From UHGV virus genome UHGV-1364187: 64,000 nucleotides of DNA, one strand, 5' to 3'. The notes under the pieces are model-generated. The model saw only the letters and a list, made by a program, of their open reading frames with translations, had not been told where the DNA came from and ran no database searches. This DNA is from a virus. A program made the position numbers and the translations under genes. Within the stretch, counting starts at the first letter, position 1. The number at the start of each line of letters is the position of its first letter. This document shows, piece by piece, positions 28,828-39,000 of this stretch.

Positions 28828-29946
28828 TTATTCGTCTTGTAAATCTTTATCTTCTTGTTGTTCTAAATATAGCTCTAAATATTCTTCATTTGTCATAATA
28901 TGTTCATCTACAACTTCGTCTATGAATTCCTTTTCATCATTACATACAATCTTTTGTTTATACTCAGGTAATAATAGATTGTCAATATCAAAATCTTCAC
29001 CAAAATTATCAGTAATATATTTAAATATAGATTCTTTGATACTTGAATATGAGTCTATATTTAATAATATCTCTTCTAATGTGTATGTTATATAACAATC
29101 AACTGTATTACCCAAAGGTCTATATAAATCACTTATAGTATTATCTGATATAGATTCTTGTACAGACATAACAGCTTTAGCTAATGAATTTAAATCCCAT
29201 TCATTTCCAGCCCATTCAACTTTTTTCTTTATCATTGGAATAAAGCTATTATCAAAACTATAAGTACATTTGTTAATATTACATATATCTATATACGGTA
29301 TATTCTTTAAATGTAATGTGACATTGATAAATTTTGGTAATCTTCTCATTGGAATAATTCCATCTACAGATGACCATAGATCTAATATATTATCAATATG
29401 AAATATACTAATATCATCATTAATCTTATTAAGATATTCATCTTCACATTCATAAACAAATCTATCTTTTATCATAATCTCATCGTTAATTAAATCTTTA
29501 AAGAATCTATAATCTAATTGATATAGACTATCAATTACTAGCTGTAGTATATTATTATTTGTATCTTGGATAGATTTTATCATATCTTTATAATCAAATA
29601 TAGATCCACCTATTATAATAGTATACTCATTATCTTTCAGAACGACTTCAGTTTTAAGTTCATTCTTATTAGACAAAAACTCTATTAATGAATCTTTTAT
29701 ATTTTCAAAAGCTTTTATTACAATAACGACATTACTATGAACAAGTAAATCTTCATTATTCTCTATTGTAGATATCATATTTGGTTTATTTGATTGATCA
29801 TTAAAAGAACAATAAGAACACAAAAGATATGTGTTCTTAATTGTTATTAATGATCTATTATCATGAATTTTACCAAGTTCTATTTCTTCACTTTTTTTAG
29901 TTGAAGATTTGATATTGCTTAGTACTTTCTTAATAGATCTCTTCAT
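28828..29946 (-). CDS. Hypothetical protein (372 aa)
   Basis: ORF. Confidence 0.55.
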   Translation of the reverse strand: MKRSIKKVLSNIKSSTKKSEEIELGKIHDNRSLITIKNTYLLCSYCSFNDQSNKPNMISTIENNEDLLVHSNVVIVIKAFENIKDSLIEFLSNKNELKTEVVLKDNEYTIIIGGSIFDYKDMIKSIQDTNNNILQLVIDSLYQLDYRFFKDLINDEIMIKDRFVYECEDEYLNKINDDISIFHIDNILDLWSSVDGIIPMRRLPKFINVTLHLKNIPYIDICNINKCTYSFDNSFIPMIKKKVEWAGNEWDLNSLAKAVMSVQESISDNTISDLYRPLGNTVDCYITYTLEEILLNIDSYSSIKESIFKYITDNFGEDFDIDNLLLPEYKQKIVCNDEKEFIDEVVDEHIMTNEEYLELYLEQQEDKDLQDE

Positions 29947-30346
29947 TATATTTCCCCCTATATAAGTCTACCATTTTTTGATAGACTTCTGATACTTCAT
30001 CTCCCCACTCTGGTTCTAATGGTCTAATGAGTTTTTGTATATCTTTAGTCGTAATGATTTCGTTTCTTTGAACAATTTGATTCATTGTTCTTACATAAAG
30101 TTCAATAGATGTTTCTACACTATCATATTCAATAGGCATAACAAATTGTGTTTCTTCAGATTTAATATTTCCTGGATTTCTATAATCAGAAATTAATTTT
30201 GGATGTTTTCTATTCTCAAATTCAAATATAGCCATAATAAGATATGGATCTACGTTATAGTAATCACAATATTTCTTTACTATTGGTAATAACCAATGGA
30301 TCTTCTTATTTGTTGATAAGAAGATTATCTCTTCTTTAAACTCCAT
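29930..30346 (-). CDS. Hypothetical protein (138 aa)
   Basis: ORF overlapping the next gene by 17 nt. Confidence 0.5.
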   Translation of the reverse strand: MEFKEEIIFLSTNKKIHWLLPIVKKYCDYYNVDPYLIMAIFEFENRKHPKLISDYRNPGNIKSEETQFVMPIEYDSVETSIELYVRTMNQIVQRNEIITTKDIQKLIRPLEPEWGDEVSEVYQKMVDLYRGKYNEEIY

Positions 30347-30364
30347 TTTACATCACTTCCATTT

Positions 30365-30997
30365 TTAATATTTTAAACTATTCCATTCTGGGAATGGTTT
30401 TTGTTCTACTACTGGTTTATCAATAGTATCTTTGATTGTATGTGCTAATTGAATATTATCTTTTACAATTCTTAGAATAGTTTTTTTAGAATTAAAATCG
30501 ATATTCTTAATAGCTTCATAACAAGGTTCGATATATTTGATAAATCTATCAATATATTCAACCAATTCTTTATTAGAACTAAATACACCACCAGCTTCAA
30601 AACTTACTGCTAACTTGGTATTGATAAGTGTATTAAGATCTTCTAGTACTTTAAATTGATCCTTGATTGATTTTGTTTTATTGAAATAAAAGTTTTCATT
30701 AATATACTTTTGAATTTCGTCCGTACATGTAAAATCAGATTCAATATGTACACCTTTTAAAATTTCTCCTGTTCTGTCTGTAATAAAAGACAAGTTGTAT
30801 AACGGATTACTATTATATATAATAGCAGTAATGAATTTAGAATCTGTTTGTGCAATCCCTTTTAAATTCTCTGTTCTATATCTTTGTTTACCAATAAATG
30901 TAAACTCTGGACGTTTATTGATTTTATCTGCTAGAACATAAAGTTCTTTAAGCATTTTCATCTTGTCTACTAATACTGATTGTGACATGATAATCAT
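30365..30997 (-). CDS. Hypothetical protein (210 aa)
   Basis: ORF; AAGGAGGAATG RBS. Confidence 0.55.
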   Translation of the reverse strand: MIIMSQSVLVDKMKMLKELYVLADKINKRPEFTFIGKQRYRTENLKGIAQTDSKFITAIIYNSNPLYNLSFITDRTGEILKGVHIESDFTCTDEIQKYINENFYFNKTKSIKDQFKVLEDLNTLINTKLAVSFEAGGVFSSNKELVEYIDRFIKYIEPCYEAIKNIDFNSKKTILRIVKDNIQLAHTIKDTIDKPVVEQKPFPEWNSLKY

Positions 30998-31046
30998 TCC
31001 TCCTTATATTAATATTAGTTATTATAGTGTTTTTTATATAATTAAA

Positions 31047-31072
31047 TATTATTTCGATTATATATTATAAAT
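31047..31072 (+). promoter_or_regulatory. Early-promoter-like motif copy on the plus strand (TTTCGATTATATATTATAAATATGATAG)
   Basis: 50 nt upstream of the Bro-N gene's RBS. Confidence 0.4.
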
Positions 31073-31124
31073 ATGATAGATAAATGAGATATCTATACTA
31101 TTATATTATGAGGAGGTACTTATT

Positions 31125-31811
31125 ATGAATAAAGTACAAGAGTTTATTTTCAACAATCTAGGAAGCGTTAGAATTATACCATCCGAGAATGGTAACCAAA
31201 TTGACACACTATTCTGTGCCAAAGATGTAGCATCTATTTTAGGGTACAGTAACACAAAAGATGCAATTTTAAGACATTGTAAGGGGGTCGTGAAACACGA
31301 CCTCCCTTCAAATGGAGGAAATCAATTAACAAACTTTATTAAACTTCCAGATGTATTCAATCTTATTTATGGATCTAAAATGCCTTTCGCTGAAGAGTTT
31401 AAAGATTGGATCTCTTATGAATTATTACCATCTATTTATATGAATGGTAGCTATACAGATCAAAATCATGATCCAAATTTCAAATTACCAAATACAATAT
31501 ACAATAGTGCAACAGATACATATGATCTAGCACAAAATGTAGATAGTGAATTTGAAATTCCGTGGAATGAAGAAACTTTAAACCAATTCCCAGAATGTAT
31601 GAGAAGATATCAACAAAATCCAAATATTCAATTAAATAAACATGATTCTATGATGTTATATGGTGTAAATCTTATGATGAATGAATATCAACAAAGACAT
31701 TTTGAGTATACAATAAATATAATTAACCAATTACAAAATCAAATCAATCAAATGCAACAAGATGTAAATAAAGTCAAACAATTAATCGTTCCAGTAACAA
31801 TTGAAAAATAA
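31125..31811 (+). CDS. Bro-N domain protein (antirepressor-like DNA-binding N-terminus)
   Basis: FNNLGSVRIIPSENGNQIDTLFCAKDVASILGY..NTKDAI matches the Bro-N (PF02498) signature. GAGGAGG RBS. Confidence 0.65.
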   Translation: MNKVQEFIFNNLGSVRIIPSENGNQIDTLFCAKDVASILGYSNTKDAILRHCKGVVKHDLPSNGGNQLTNFIKLPDVFNLIYGSKMPFAEEFKDWISYELLPSIYMNGSYTDQNHDPNFKLPNTIYNSATDTYDLAQNVDSEFEIPWNEETLNQFPECMRRYQQNPNIQLNKHDSMMLYGVNLMMNEYQQRHFEYTINIINQLQNQINQMQQDVNKVKQLIVPVTIEK

Positions 31812-31834
31812 TATAGTTCATAGGAGATGATTTT

Positions 31835-32257
31835 ATGTTAGTATTAGGAAAATTCGATTATGTATATTCAGATCAACAAAAAGATGCATTAAGAAACGCA
31901 ATTACTAATAATATTGAAGTTGGTGATATTAAAAATCCAGGCATTCCATTGAATCTTATGGAAACATATATTGAACTTAGGTCTTATGGGTATGATATTG
32001 AATTTTTAGAAGATCACGGTATTGGACTTTTAAGTATAACTTATCTGGATTGCCTTAAGGAATTAGCCAGAAATGATATTGATATTTATCAATTCATCTA
32101 TTGTGATAAATTTATACCATATGACAATAGACAAATACTTACTATTACTGATGGTCTATTAGAAGGATTTGATATTAGATACTTTGGAAATATTAATCTA
32201 TCTAATACAGAAATGAGAGAAATTATTGAAACTTTAAAGAAGGAGAGAATAGCATAA
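31835..32257 (+). CDS. Hypothetical protein (140 aa)
   Basis: ORF with GGAGATG RBS. Confidence 0.5.
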   Translation: MLVLGKFDYVYSDQQKDALRNAITNNIEVGDIKNPGIPLNLMETYIELRSYGYDIEFLEDHGIGLLSITYLDCLKELARNDIDIYQFIYCDKFIPYDNRQILTITDGLLEGFDIRYFGNINLSNTEMREIIETLKKERIA

Positions 32258-32586
32258 TGAATTATAGAACAATATATTATCAACCATCATTAGCAAATAA
32301 AGTCTTACATAAATCTATCAATCTACGTAAGATTAAATATTCAGGTTATAAAAGTAAACATGAAGCAATTAATCATGTTATATATAGAAATATACTGAGA
32401 TTAATAAGTAGTATTGGCAGTTATATAGAATTCGAAGTATCTACAAAATTTGTAGATGATTTTACTATAGAAATAGATTTAAACTACTATAAAGTACTTA
32501 ATAGAATGAGATTTTATGAACTTATTATAGCTTTATGCACTACCGATTATGTACAAGAAGATCAAATAAAAGAATTTGATATATAG
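32257..32586 (+). CDS. Hypothetical protein, paralog A of a tandem pair (109 aa)
   Basis: Shares an N-terminal YYQPSLANKVLH(K/R)S(I/V)(N/D)L block with the next gene. Confidence 0.5.
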   Translation: MNYRTIYYQPSLANKVLHKSINLRKIKYSGYKSKHEAINHVIYRNILRLISSIGSYIEFEVSTKFVDDFTIEIDLNYYKVLNRMRFYELIIALCTTDYVQEDQIKEFDI

Positions 32587-32598
32587 GGAGATAATTTT

Positions 32599-32961
32599 AT
32601 GGTATATAGAACAAGATATTATCAACCATCATTAGCAAATAAAGTCTTACATAGATCTGTTGATCTATGTAAGATTAATTATTATAGTAATACTAATAAG
32701 AAAATTGCACTTAAGTCTGGTATAAATAGTACTATAATGAGCATGTTATCTCAAATTACGAAAGATTATATGTATAATGTAGAATTTGAAATATCAACAG
32801 TATTGAATGGGGAAATATTGGATATTTATATAAAGTATTATAAAGTTATCAATAATATGGATTTATTAAATATTACTATAGATCTAAAATGTATCTCTCT
32901 AAAAGTATATATATCTGATAAAGATTTTAATAATATATTAAGAAAGCTTAAATTGATATAG
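32599..32961 (+). CDS. Hypothetical protein, paralog B of the tandem pair (120 aa)
   Basis: See paralog A; GGGAGAT RBS. Confidence 0.5.
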   Translation: MVYRTRYYQPSLANKVLHRSVDLCKINYYSNTNKKIALKSGINSTIMSMLSQITKDYMYNVEFEISTVLNGEILDIYIKYYKVINNMDLLNITIDLKCISLKVYISDKDFNNILRKLKLI

Positions 32962-33174
32962 ATATCTTTTGTGATATCTATATCTTTATTTTTTGTAAAA
33001 TTGTATTGGTATATAAAAATTATTATCTCAAATATCTCTATAATATTATTGTATAGATTATAAATATACATATATACTTTATTAAAGTATATATGTATTA
33101 TATCAATATTTTCATCTATTGTTTTGTTGTATATTATGGAGATTTTTATAGATCTCCCTGATTTCCTTCTGTAA

Positions 33175-33216
33175 TTTTTCAGGGTTCCTAGTCAACGCCT
33201 TTAAAAGCCCCCCTAC
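33175..33216. repeat. GC-rich direct repeat, copy 1 (ttttcaGGGTTCCTAGTCAACGCCTTTAAAAGCCCC)
   Basis: 35 of 36 nt identical to copy 2, which lies 347 bp downstream; GC-rich island in a >80% AT region. Confidence 0.6.
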
Positions 33217-33521
33217 CCCCCATTACTTTTTTGTTATATATTTTATAAATTATTATATCAAAATATCTATATTTATATATAAAAATTGAGAAATCTGTAT
33301 TACAATATTGATATCTATCTTATATTGATAAATATGTATTGTAATATAGATTGTTATGATATGTAAATAAAGTTATGTGTATATTGTATATCTATGTTTT
33401 TATATAGATGATTTTATTATAGAGATATAGATATCTCAGATTTGTATCTAAAGTATATCTATATCTCTATAATATTTATATATGTATATTATCTATGTAT
33501 TTATCATTGTTTTCCTCTTAT

Positions 33522-33560
33522 CTATCTTTTAAGGGTTCCTAGTCAACGCCTTTAAAAGCC
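33522..33560. repeat. GC-rich direct repeat, copy 2 (ttttaaGGGTTCCTAGTCAACGCCTTTAAAAGCCCC)
   Basis: See copy 1. Both copies are followed by a ttttgtta tract. Confidence 0.6.
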
Positions 33561-33668
33561 CCTTAGTATTTTGTTAGAACTTTAATAAAATTTAAATATG
33601 GACAGTATATGAATAGTATAAAATATACTAAATATAAGGAGGAATTGAATATGAATATTATTTAATCA

Positions 33669-34040
33669 ATGATTAATGAAAAATTAGGAGAAGTAAGAGT
33701 AATTAGAAGTGAAGATGGTAATGTAATGAATACATTATTTTGTGCATTAGATGTTGCAAGAGCATTAATGTATACTGAAAATAGTATAAGAAATGCAATT
33801 AATAGTCATTGTAGATATGTGTCAAAAATACACGTACATCATCCACAAAATCCAGATAAAACAATTAGTATCAATTTTATTCCATTATGTGATGTATTTT
33901 CATTAATATATGGATCATGTAAAGAAGAAGCTGAAGAATTTAGAAGATGGATTAATGAAGATGTACTACCACAGTTATATCAATTTGGTACGTATACAGT
34001 TAAAGATTATATTCCAGATTTACCATTAGGTAATCCATAA
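33669..34040 (+). CDS. Bro-N domain protein, second paralog (123 aa)
   Basis: LGEVRVIRSEDGNVMNTLFCALDVARALMY aligns with the 31125 gene's N-terminus; C-terminal FRRWINEDVLPQLYQFGTYT matches FKDWISYELLPSIYMNGSYT. Confidence 0.6.
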   Translation: MINEKLGEVRVIRSEDGNVMNTLFCALDVARALMYTENSIRNAINSHCRYVSKIHVHHPQNPDKTISINFIPLCDVFSLIYGSCKEEAEEFRRWINEDVLPQLYQFGTYTVKDYIPDLPLGNP

Positions 34041-34070
34041 TTTAATCAAAATAATATAGATGATATCTTT

Positions 34071-34343
34071 ATGAATTCATCAGAAACATGTATGAGTAAT
34101 GGTGAATCATTCAATAATTATTCTTTAGTAGTAGATATAGTAAAACGATTAGTTAATTATATTCAACCATTATATAGAAATCAACAACAGATTGCAAATT
34201 ACATACAACAAACAAATTTACAAAATCAAAAAGCATTAGAAGCAATAAACAATAGATTAGATAATATGGCTTCTAATTATTTAACTGAAGACGGAATGAT
34301 AATACCAGCAAGAATTATTCCAAAAGAACAAAGAATGAATTAA
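34071..34343 (+). CDS. Hypothetical protein (90 aa)
   Basis: ORF. Confidence 0.4.
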   Translation: MNSSETCMSNGESFNNYSLVVDIVKRLVNYIQPLYRNQQQIANYIQQTNLQNQKALEAINNRLDNMASNYLTEDGMIIPARIIPKEQRMN

Positions 34344-34479
34344 TATAAAAGAGTACATTGTACTCTTTTATTTTTTGTCTATATACGTTAGTATTGAACT
34401 TATATTTTTCTGTAAACAAAATCTTAATCAATTATATATTATATATATGAATATAATAATATTGAAAGGAGATTGTATT

Positions 34480-34776
34480 ATGAGATTAAAACGAGTAGGA
34501 ATGATAGAGAGAGATAAAAATGTATATCCTATTATAAATGAGGATGAATTAGAACCTGGAAGATATGCAATAAAGGTTGATGAATTTACACATGGGATAT
34601 CAGTATTAGAACGTGGAAACATCAATGATGGTACATCTTTGTATTATTGTAAACAAATTAAGACTTATAATGATAATAGCGTTTACCTTTATACTAATAA
34701 TATGTATGAAAGTACAAGAAAGAAATTTAGTGTTAATAAATTACTTAGAAATGCAGTAGTATGTAATATGATATGA
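34480..34776 (+). CDS. Hypothetical protein (~98 aa)
   Basis: Start chosen at MRLKRVGM with an AAAGGAG RBS; the upstream part of the tracked ORF lacks an RBS. Confidence 0.45.
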   Translation: MRLKRVGMIERDKNVYPIINEDELEPGRYAIKVDEFTHGISVLERGNINDGTSLYYCKQIKTYNDNSVYLYTNNMYESTRKKFSVNKLLRNAVVCNMI

Positions 34777-35111
34777 GTAATTTTAAAAGAATACCAGCAA
34801 CAATAGTTCCAAAAGGATATATACCAATAATAGCATATGGTATTGAAGGTAAATACATTTATAATGATAATGATAATCCATATGATAGTGTAATATATCC
34901 AAGGAGAGGTATTCATTATAATATGGATTATGGTATACAATCTAGTGAAGATAGTGGAACAGTTCCACTATATATAGATAACAAAAAACAACGTATAGAT
35001 CTATATTCTCTTATAGAAGAAAATGATAGAGAAATTTCTAAACTAGAACATGAAATAGAAAAAGAAAGAGATAGAATCATGATAGAAAGGATGATGAATA
35101 ATAATGAGTAA
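34773..35111 (+). CDS. Hypothetical protein (112 aa)
   Basis: ATGA overlap with the upstream gene (translational coupling). Confidence 0.45.
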   Translation: MSNFKRIPATIVPKGYIPIIAYGIEGKYIYNDNDNPYDSVIYPRRGIHYNMDYGIQSSEDSGTVPLYIDNKKQRIDLYSLIEENDREISKLEHEIEKERDRIMIERMMNNNE

Positions 35112-35427
35112 AAGATGCAAAGAAAGAGGATTTAGTGGTAAATGTAAAATAAGTAAAGATAGAATTATATACTTTGAAGGTAAATTACCAGCTGTAAGTG
35201 AATTACAGCTTAAATATTTCATAATATGTAGTATCAAAAAGATTTTTAATGTAAGTAATATTATTCATCCAGAAATGCATTCTGCAACATATGATTCATC
35301 ATCATTTGTTGCTAGAAAAGTAGCAAAAGATGGTATATTCTATTATGAAGATGAAGAATATACTAAATTTATAAAATCTGATACAATTTTAGAGGAGGAT
35401 GATGAAAATGGTGAGATGCCTTTCTAA
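35104..35427 (+). CDS. Hypothetical protein (107 aa)
   Basis: Overlaps its neighbours by 8 and 29 nt. Confidence 0.45.
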   Translation: MSKRCKERGFSGKCKISKDRIIYFEGKLPAVSELQLKYFIICSIKKIFNVSNIIHPEMHSATYDSSSFVARKVAKDGIFYYEDEEYTKFIKSDTILEEDDENGEMPF

Positions 35428-35935
35428 TGATGTAATAGGATTAACTAGAGAAAATCCTATATGGAAATATTTAGATAGAGAAGATTTAGAAGAAAAAAGA
35501 TATAAGATATCATCTAATGGTGATATCTTTGATAATATTTTAAATAAAGTTGTAGTTCCATTTAAACAAGCTAAATGTAAACATAAATTAGTTAAACTTT
35601 GCAGGAAAGATGGAACATTAACTATCGGAAATGTAACATCTTTAGTTGTGTATACATTTATATCTAAAGATATAAAATCAAGTACAGAGTTTTATTTTGT
35701 TAATAATGATCATAATGATACTTATGTACACAACATAGGGTTTTCTAGTAGATCATTAACAAAATTAACAGATAGAGATATACATCATATATGTAATATG
35801 ATAGAAAGTCATTGTGATGATGAAGAAATATGTAGATTATACAATTTCATGCAAAGAGCGACATTCTTAAATTTCTTAAGGAATATAAGAAATGGAAAAG
35901 TAAGAAAAGATATTAGTAAATTTTATCAAATATAA
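35399..35935 (+). CDS. HNH homing endonuclease-like protein (NUMOD4-like N-terminus plus HNH-like core)
   Basis: W.YL...YKISSNGDIFDN...KLVKLCRKDG matches the NUMOD4 pattern (W..i..Y.VSn.G.v.s....GY..v.L). FVNNDHNDTYVHNIGF fits the HNH_3 signature H.DgNk.NN...NL. Confidence 0.5.
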   Translation: MMKMVRCLSNDVIGLTRENPIWKYLDREDLEEKRYKISSNGDIFDNILNKVVVPFKQAKCKHKLVKLCRKDGTLTIGNVTSLVVYTFISKDIKSSTEFYFVNNDHNDTYVHNIGFSSRSLTKLTDRDIHHICNMIESHCDDEEICRLYNFMQRATFLNFLRNIRNGKVRKDISKFYQI

Positions 35936-35954
35936 AGAAAAACTATTATAATAA

Positions 35955-36000
35955 ACAACAAAAAGGCTATAAGAGATTAAATTCTCTTATAGCCTTTTTT
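35955..36000. terminator. Bidirectional terminator (aaaaaggctataagaga-ttaaatt-ctcttatagccttttttttt)
   Basis: 15-bp stem flanked by A5 and T9; lies between convergent genes. Confidence 0.7.
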
Positions 36001-36072
36001 TTAACAAACAACGATTAATTTACTTGGGACCAATGCATAATAGCATTACAATATAGTTATATCTTTTATTTT

Positions 36073-39000
36073 TTACATTTGGTCTAAATATTTCCATTTA
36101 ATTCCCGCTAAATCTTTTGCATGTCTGTCTAATTCTATCATAGCTTTATTAATAGCACCAACAATAATAGGTGCTCCTGTCATACGTGCTAATGTAGATG
36201 CAACACATAATATAGTATGGATTTTTTCATCTGGTCTATATGATGATGTTGGTTCTTTTCCTTTTTCTAATACAGTTCTACATACACCCTTTACAGCAGA
36301 ATAATCTACAATTTTATCACCAACTGCTAATTTGTCTTCATATTCTAGATATATCTCTATAAGAATTCCGCTTTCAATATTTTTAAGTTTTCCAACAACA
36401 GGCAATGCTTCTGTAGATTCTAATCCATAAATATAATCTATTCCATATTTCTTTTGAGCAGACTTTATTTTTTTAATAGGTTTTTCAATTTCAGTTACAA
36501 ACTTCTTAAGAGAATCTGATAGTTCATCTATTTCACATGTTCTATATACTTTGATATCACTTATGATACCATTAGCTTTAGCTTTAATTGTAAATCTTCC
36601 AAGATCAGATACAAGTTCGACATCTCCAGATAAAGATTTCATTAAAGCATTAACATCTTCTTCATCATATGCGTCTTGAAATACTAATAATGTATCTCCT
36701 TCTTGCACATAATCCCCTTTCTTTACAATATCTAATAATATAGCATTTTTATCCATAGATACATCTTTCTTAACGTCTATATATGACGTTAATGCATCTG
36801 ATAAATATTCTGAAACGATTGTACTATCTTCAAATCCTTCTTCTGTAGACATAATAGCTACTTTAGTTAATAATCCCATTGAGTATGTAAGATTATCATT
36901 AGCACCATAAGCATGGTCAAAACTAAATTTATCATAGGCTATAATATCATTAGCTTTGAATTTATCTCCAACTTTTAGTTCTGTACTAAGTTGTAATGTG
37001 ATATAGAATCCACCATCTGAATTTTTTCTAATATTGTTTCTTAAATCTATAAAATCATGAGTTCCATCAGAATAAGTTACAATCATATAGTCATCTGTAA
37101 TAGTCTCAACTGTACCATTCTTTTTAGCTTTAAATGCAAAGTTATTTGTTACCATATATGGTAAAGCTTGATCTGCACCGTTTGTAATTAAAGATGGGAA
37201 TGATATTTTTGTTGGTAATTGATGTTTTGATGTTTGGATAAAGTCCATTGCTGAACGCATAGCATCATTACGTGTTACACCATATGGAGTTAATGCTTCT
37301 TGGATAGAAAATGAACTAGTAATATTCATATCATCTCTATTTTTAGTGGTTTTAATATACCCCCTAATAGTATCAACATTCATATTTATTGTAGCCTGCC
37401 TTACAATACCAGAGTTACCAGCGAAGTTTGTAGCACATGCTAATATATTAATCATAGAAGGATCATATGAACGTTTATCAGCTTTATATGCTCTATCTGC
37501 ATTCATACCAGAATGACCTTTAGTTGATAATGCATTAATAGCTTCTAACTCTCCAATAGGAGTAGTATATGAGTAATCACCAGCAGTATTAGCCATTAAT
37601 ACTTCATCTATTACTGCAGATTGTTTCATTGATATAGTGGCATTCTTAAATCCTTTTTTAATTTTATTTTTATAATCATTATAAGCATATGCCAATTCCT
37701 TATAAGCATAAGCTGCCACTATTTCATTACTACGATATCTATATGCATCCATGTTAGTATGATTACTATACTGTGTTGATGCTAGTAAATCATTTGCATA
37801 TAACAATATGTCTGTAAATTCTGTAGGTAATCCGTAATGAATCAATGATTGCAATGTGATATAATCAATCATACAATCATAGAAGTTTTCTATACCATCA
37901 GATAATTTAGCTCTAGGACCATAATTATCTAAGATTTCTATCCACATAGATTTTGAATCTATATCTCCAATAGAATATATTTCTGTAGTGACATCTTTAA
38001 TTCCATTTAGTAATAGATTTGAACTGTTAGTACATTCAAAAACTATATATCCATCTGAAAATCTTATAAAATCTGCATTATCTGCTTTTTTGTCACTTTG
38101 ATCAAGTTTTTCTTTTATAGTATATTTAATATTAGCTTTTTTAAGCATTTCAGTTAAACCAATTTGATAGCATATGATGATAGCTAGTGGAATTTGAGTA
38201 TTAAGAATACTAGCTCTAGAATAAATATACTTCTTACCTTTAGTTGTATTATTGTATAATTCTCTAAGTTCATTATCGTCTCCAATTAATAAGTCCAATA
38301 TTTTATTAGGGACATCTGGAAATGAACTATAGATAACTTCTTTAGACGTTTTGTGATATGCAATAGGAATTTTTCCTTGTGGAACTTTCTCTATATTATA
38401 TTTAGTTCTAATCTCTTTTTGATTAAGATATACTATAACATCTTTAGTTTCTAACTTATTGTACTGAGAAGCTAAATATTCATATGTATATGGTACATCA
38501 TAAATATTATTAGCTAATGTACAATCTCCTATAGTAGATTTTATCTTATCTGTTTTGTTTATAGTTTTTATCAATCTGTCAGTAACAGAATCTGATTTTT
38601 GTCCATATCTTTTAATGAAGATTTTATTGTAGTTTGATACAATTTGAACAGTATCTGGGTCTGTTTTTGATATTGGTAACAATAATAATTGACCATTAAT
38701 AGTCTTATCATTACCTTTAATAATAAGAAACTTATTATCTTTAAACTTAGGTACGTCGAATTTAAATTGAAATCTTTTACCGAACGAATCTTCGCAAAAT
38801 ACAGTATATGTATCTTTATAATCTTCTGACGTTGATGAATCTTCAATTTTTATATCTCTTACTGCAACAGGATAAGATGATTTTGTAAGAAGTTCTGTAA
38901 TACAGTTAATTATATCTTTATTTACATCATAATCGTTTTCGATATTCATATATTTTAGATTAGACCATTCCTCTTCATTTACAGTGTCAATTCTTGTTGA

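Larger units (their letters stand above)
32962..33660. repeat. Iteron- and palindrome-rich non-coding region (candidate replication origin or regulatory hub)
   Basis: At least 9 copies of (A)TATCTAT; 16-bp-arm perfect palindrome atacatatatacttta/taaagtatatatgtat (33067-33100); palindrome agatatagatatct; two copies of a 36-bp GC-rich box. Confidence 0.5.

Noticed and set aside
33175-33216. The 36-bp GC-rich box as a sigma-A-type promoter (contains TTGACT on the minus strand)
   Set aside because: No acceptable -10 hexamer at 16-18 bp spacing in either copy. Kept as an unexplained conserved element instead.
32962-33660. Possible CRISPR array (repeats in a non-coding region)
   Set aside because: Only two copies of the 36-bp box, 347 bp apart. 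The remaining repeats are short iterons and palindromes without regular repeat-spacer periodicity.
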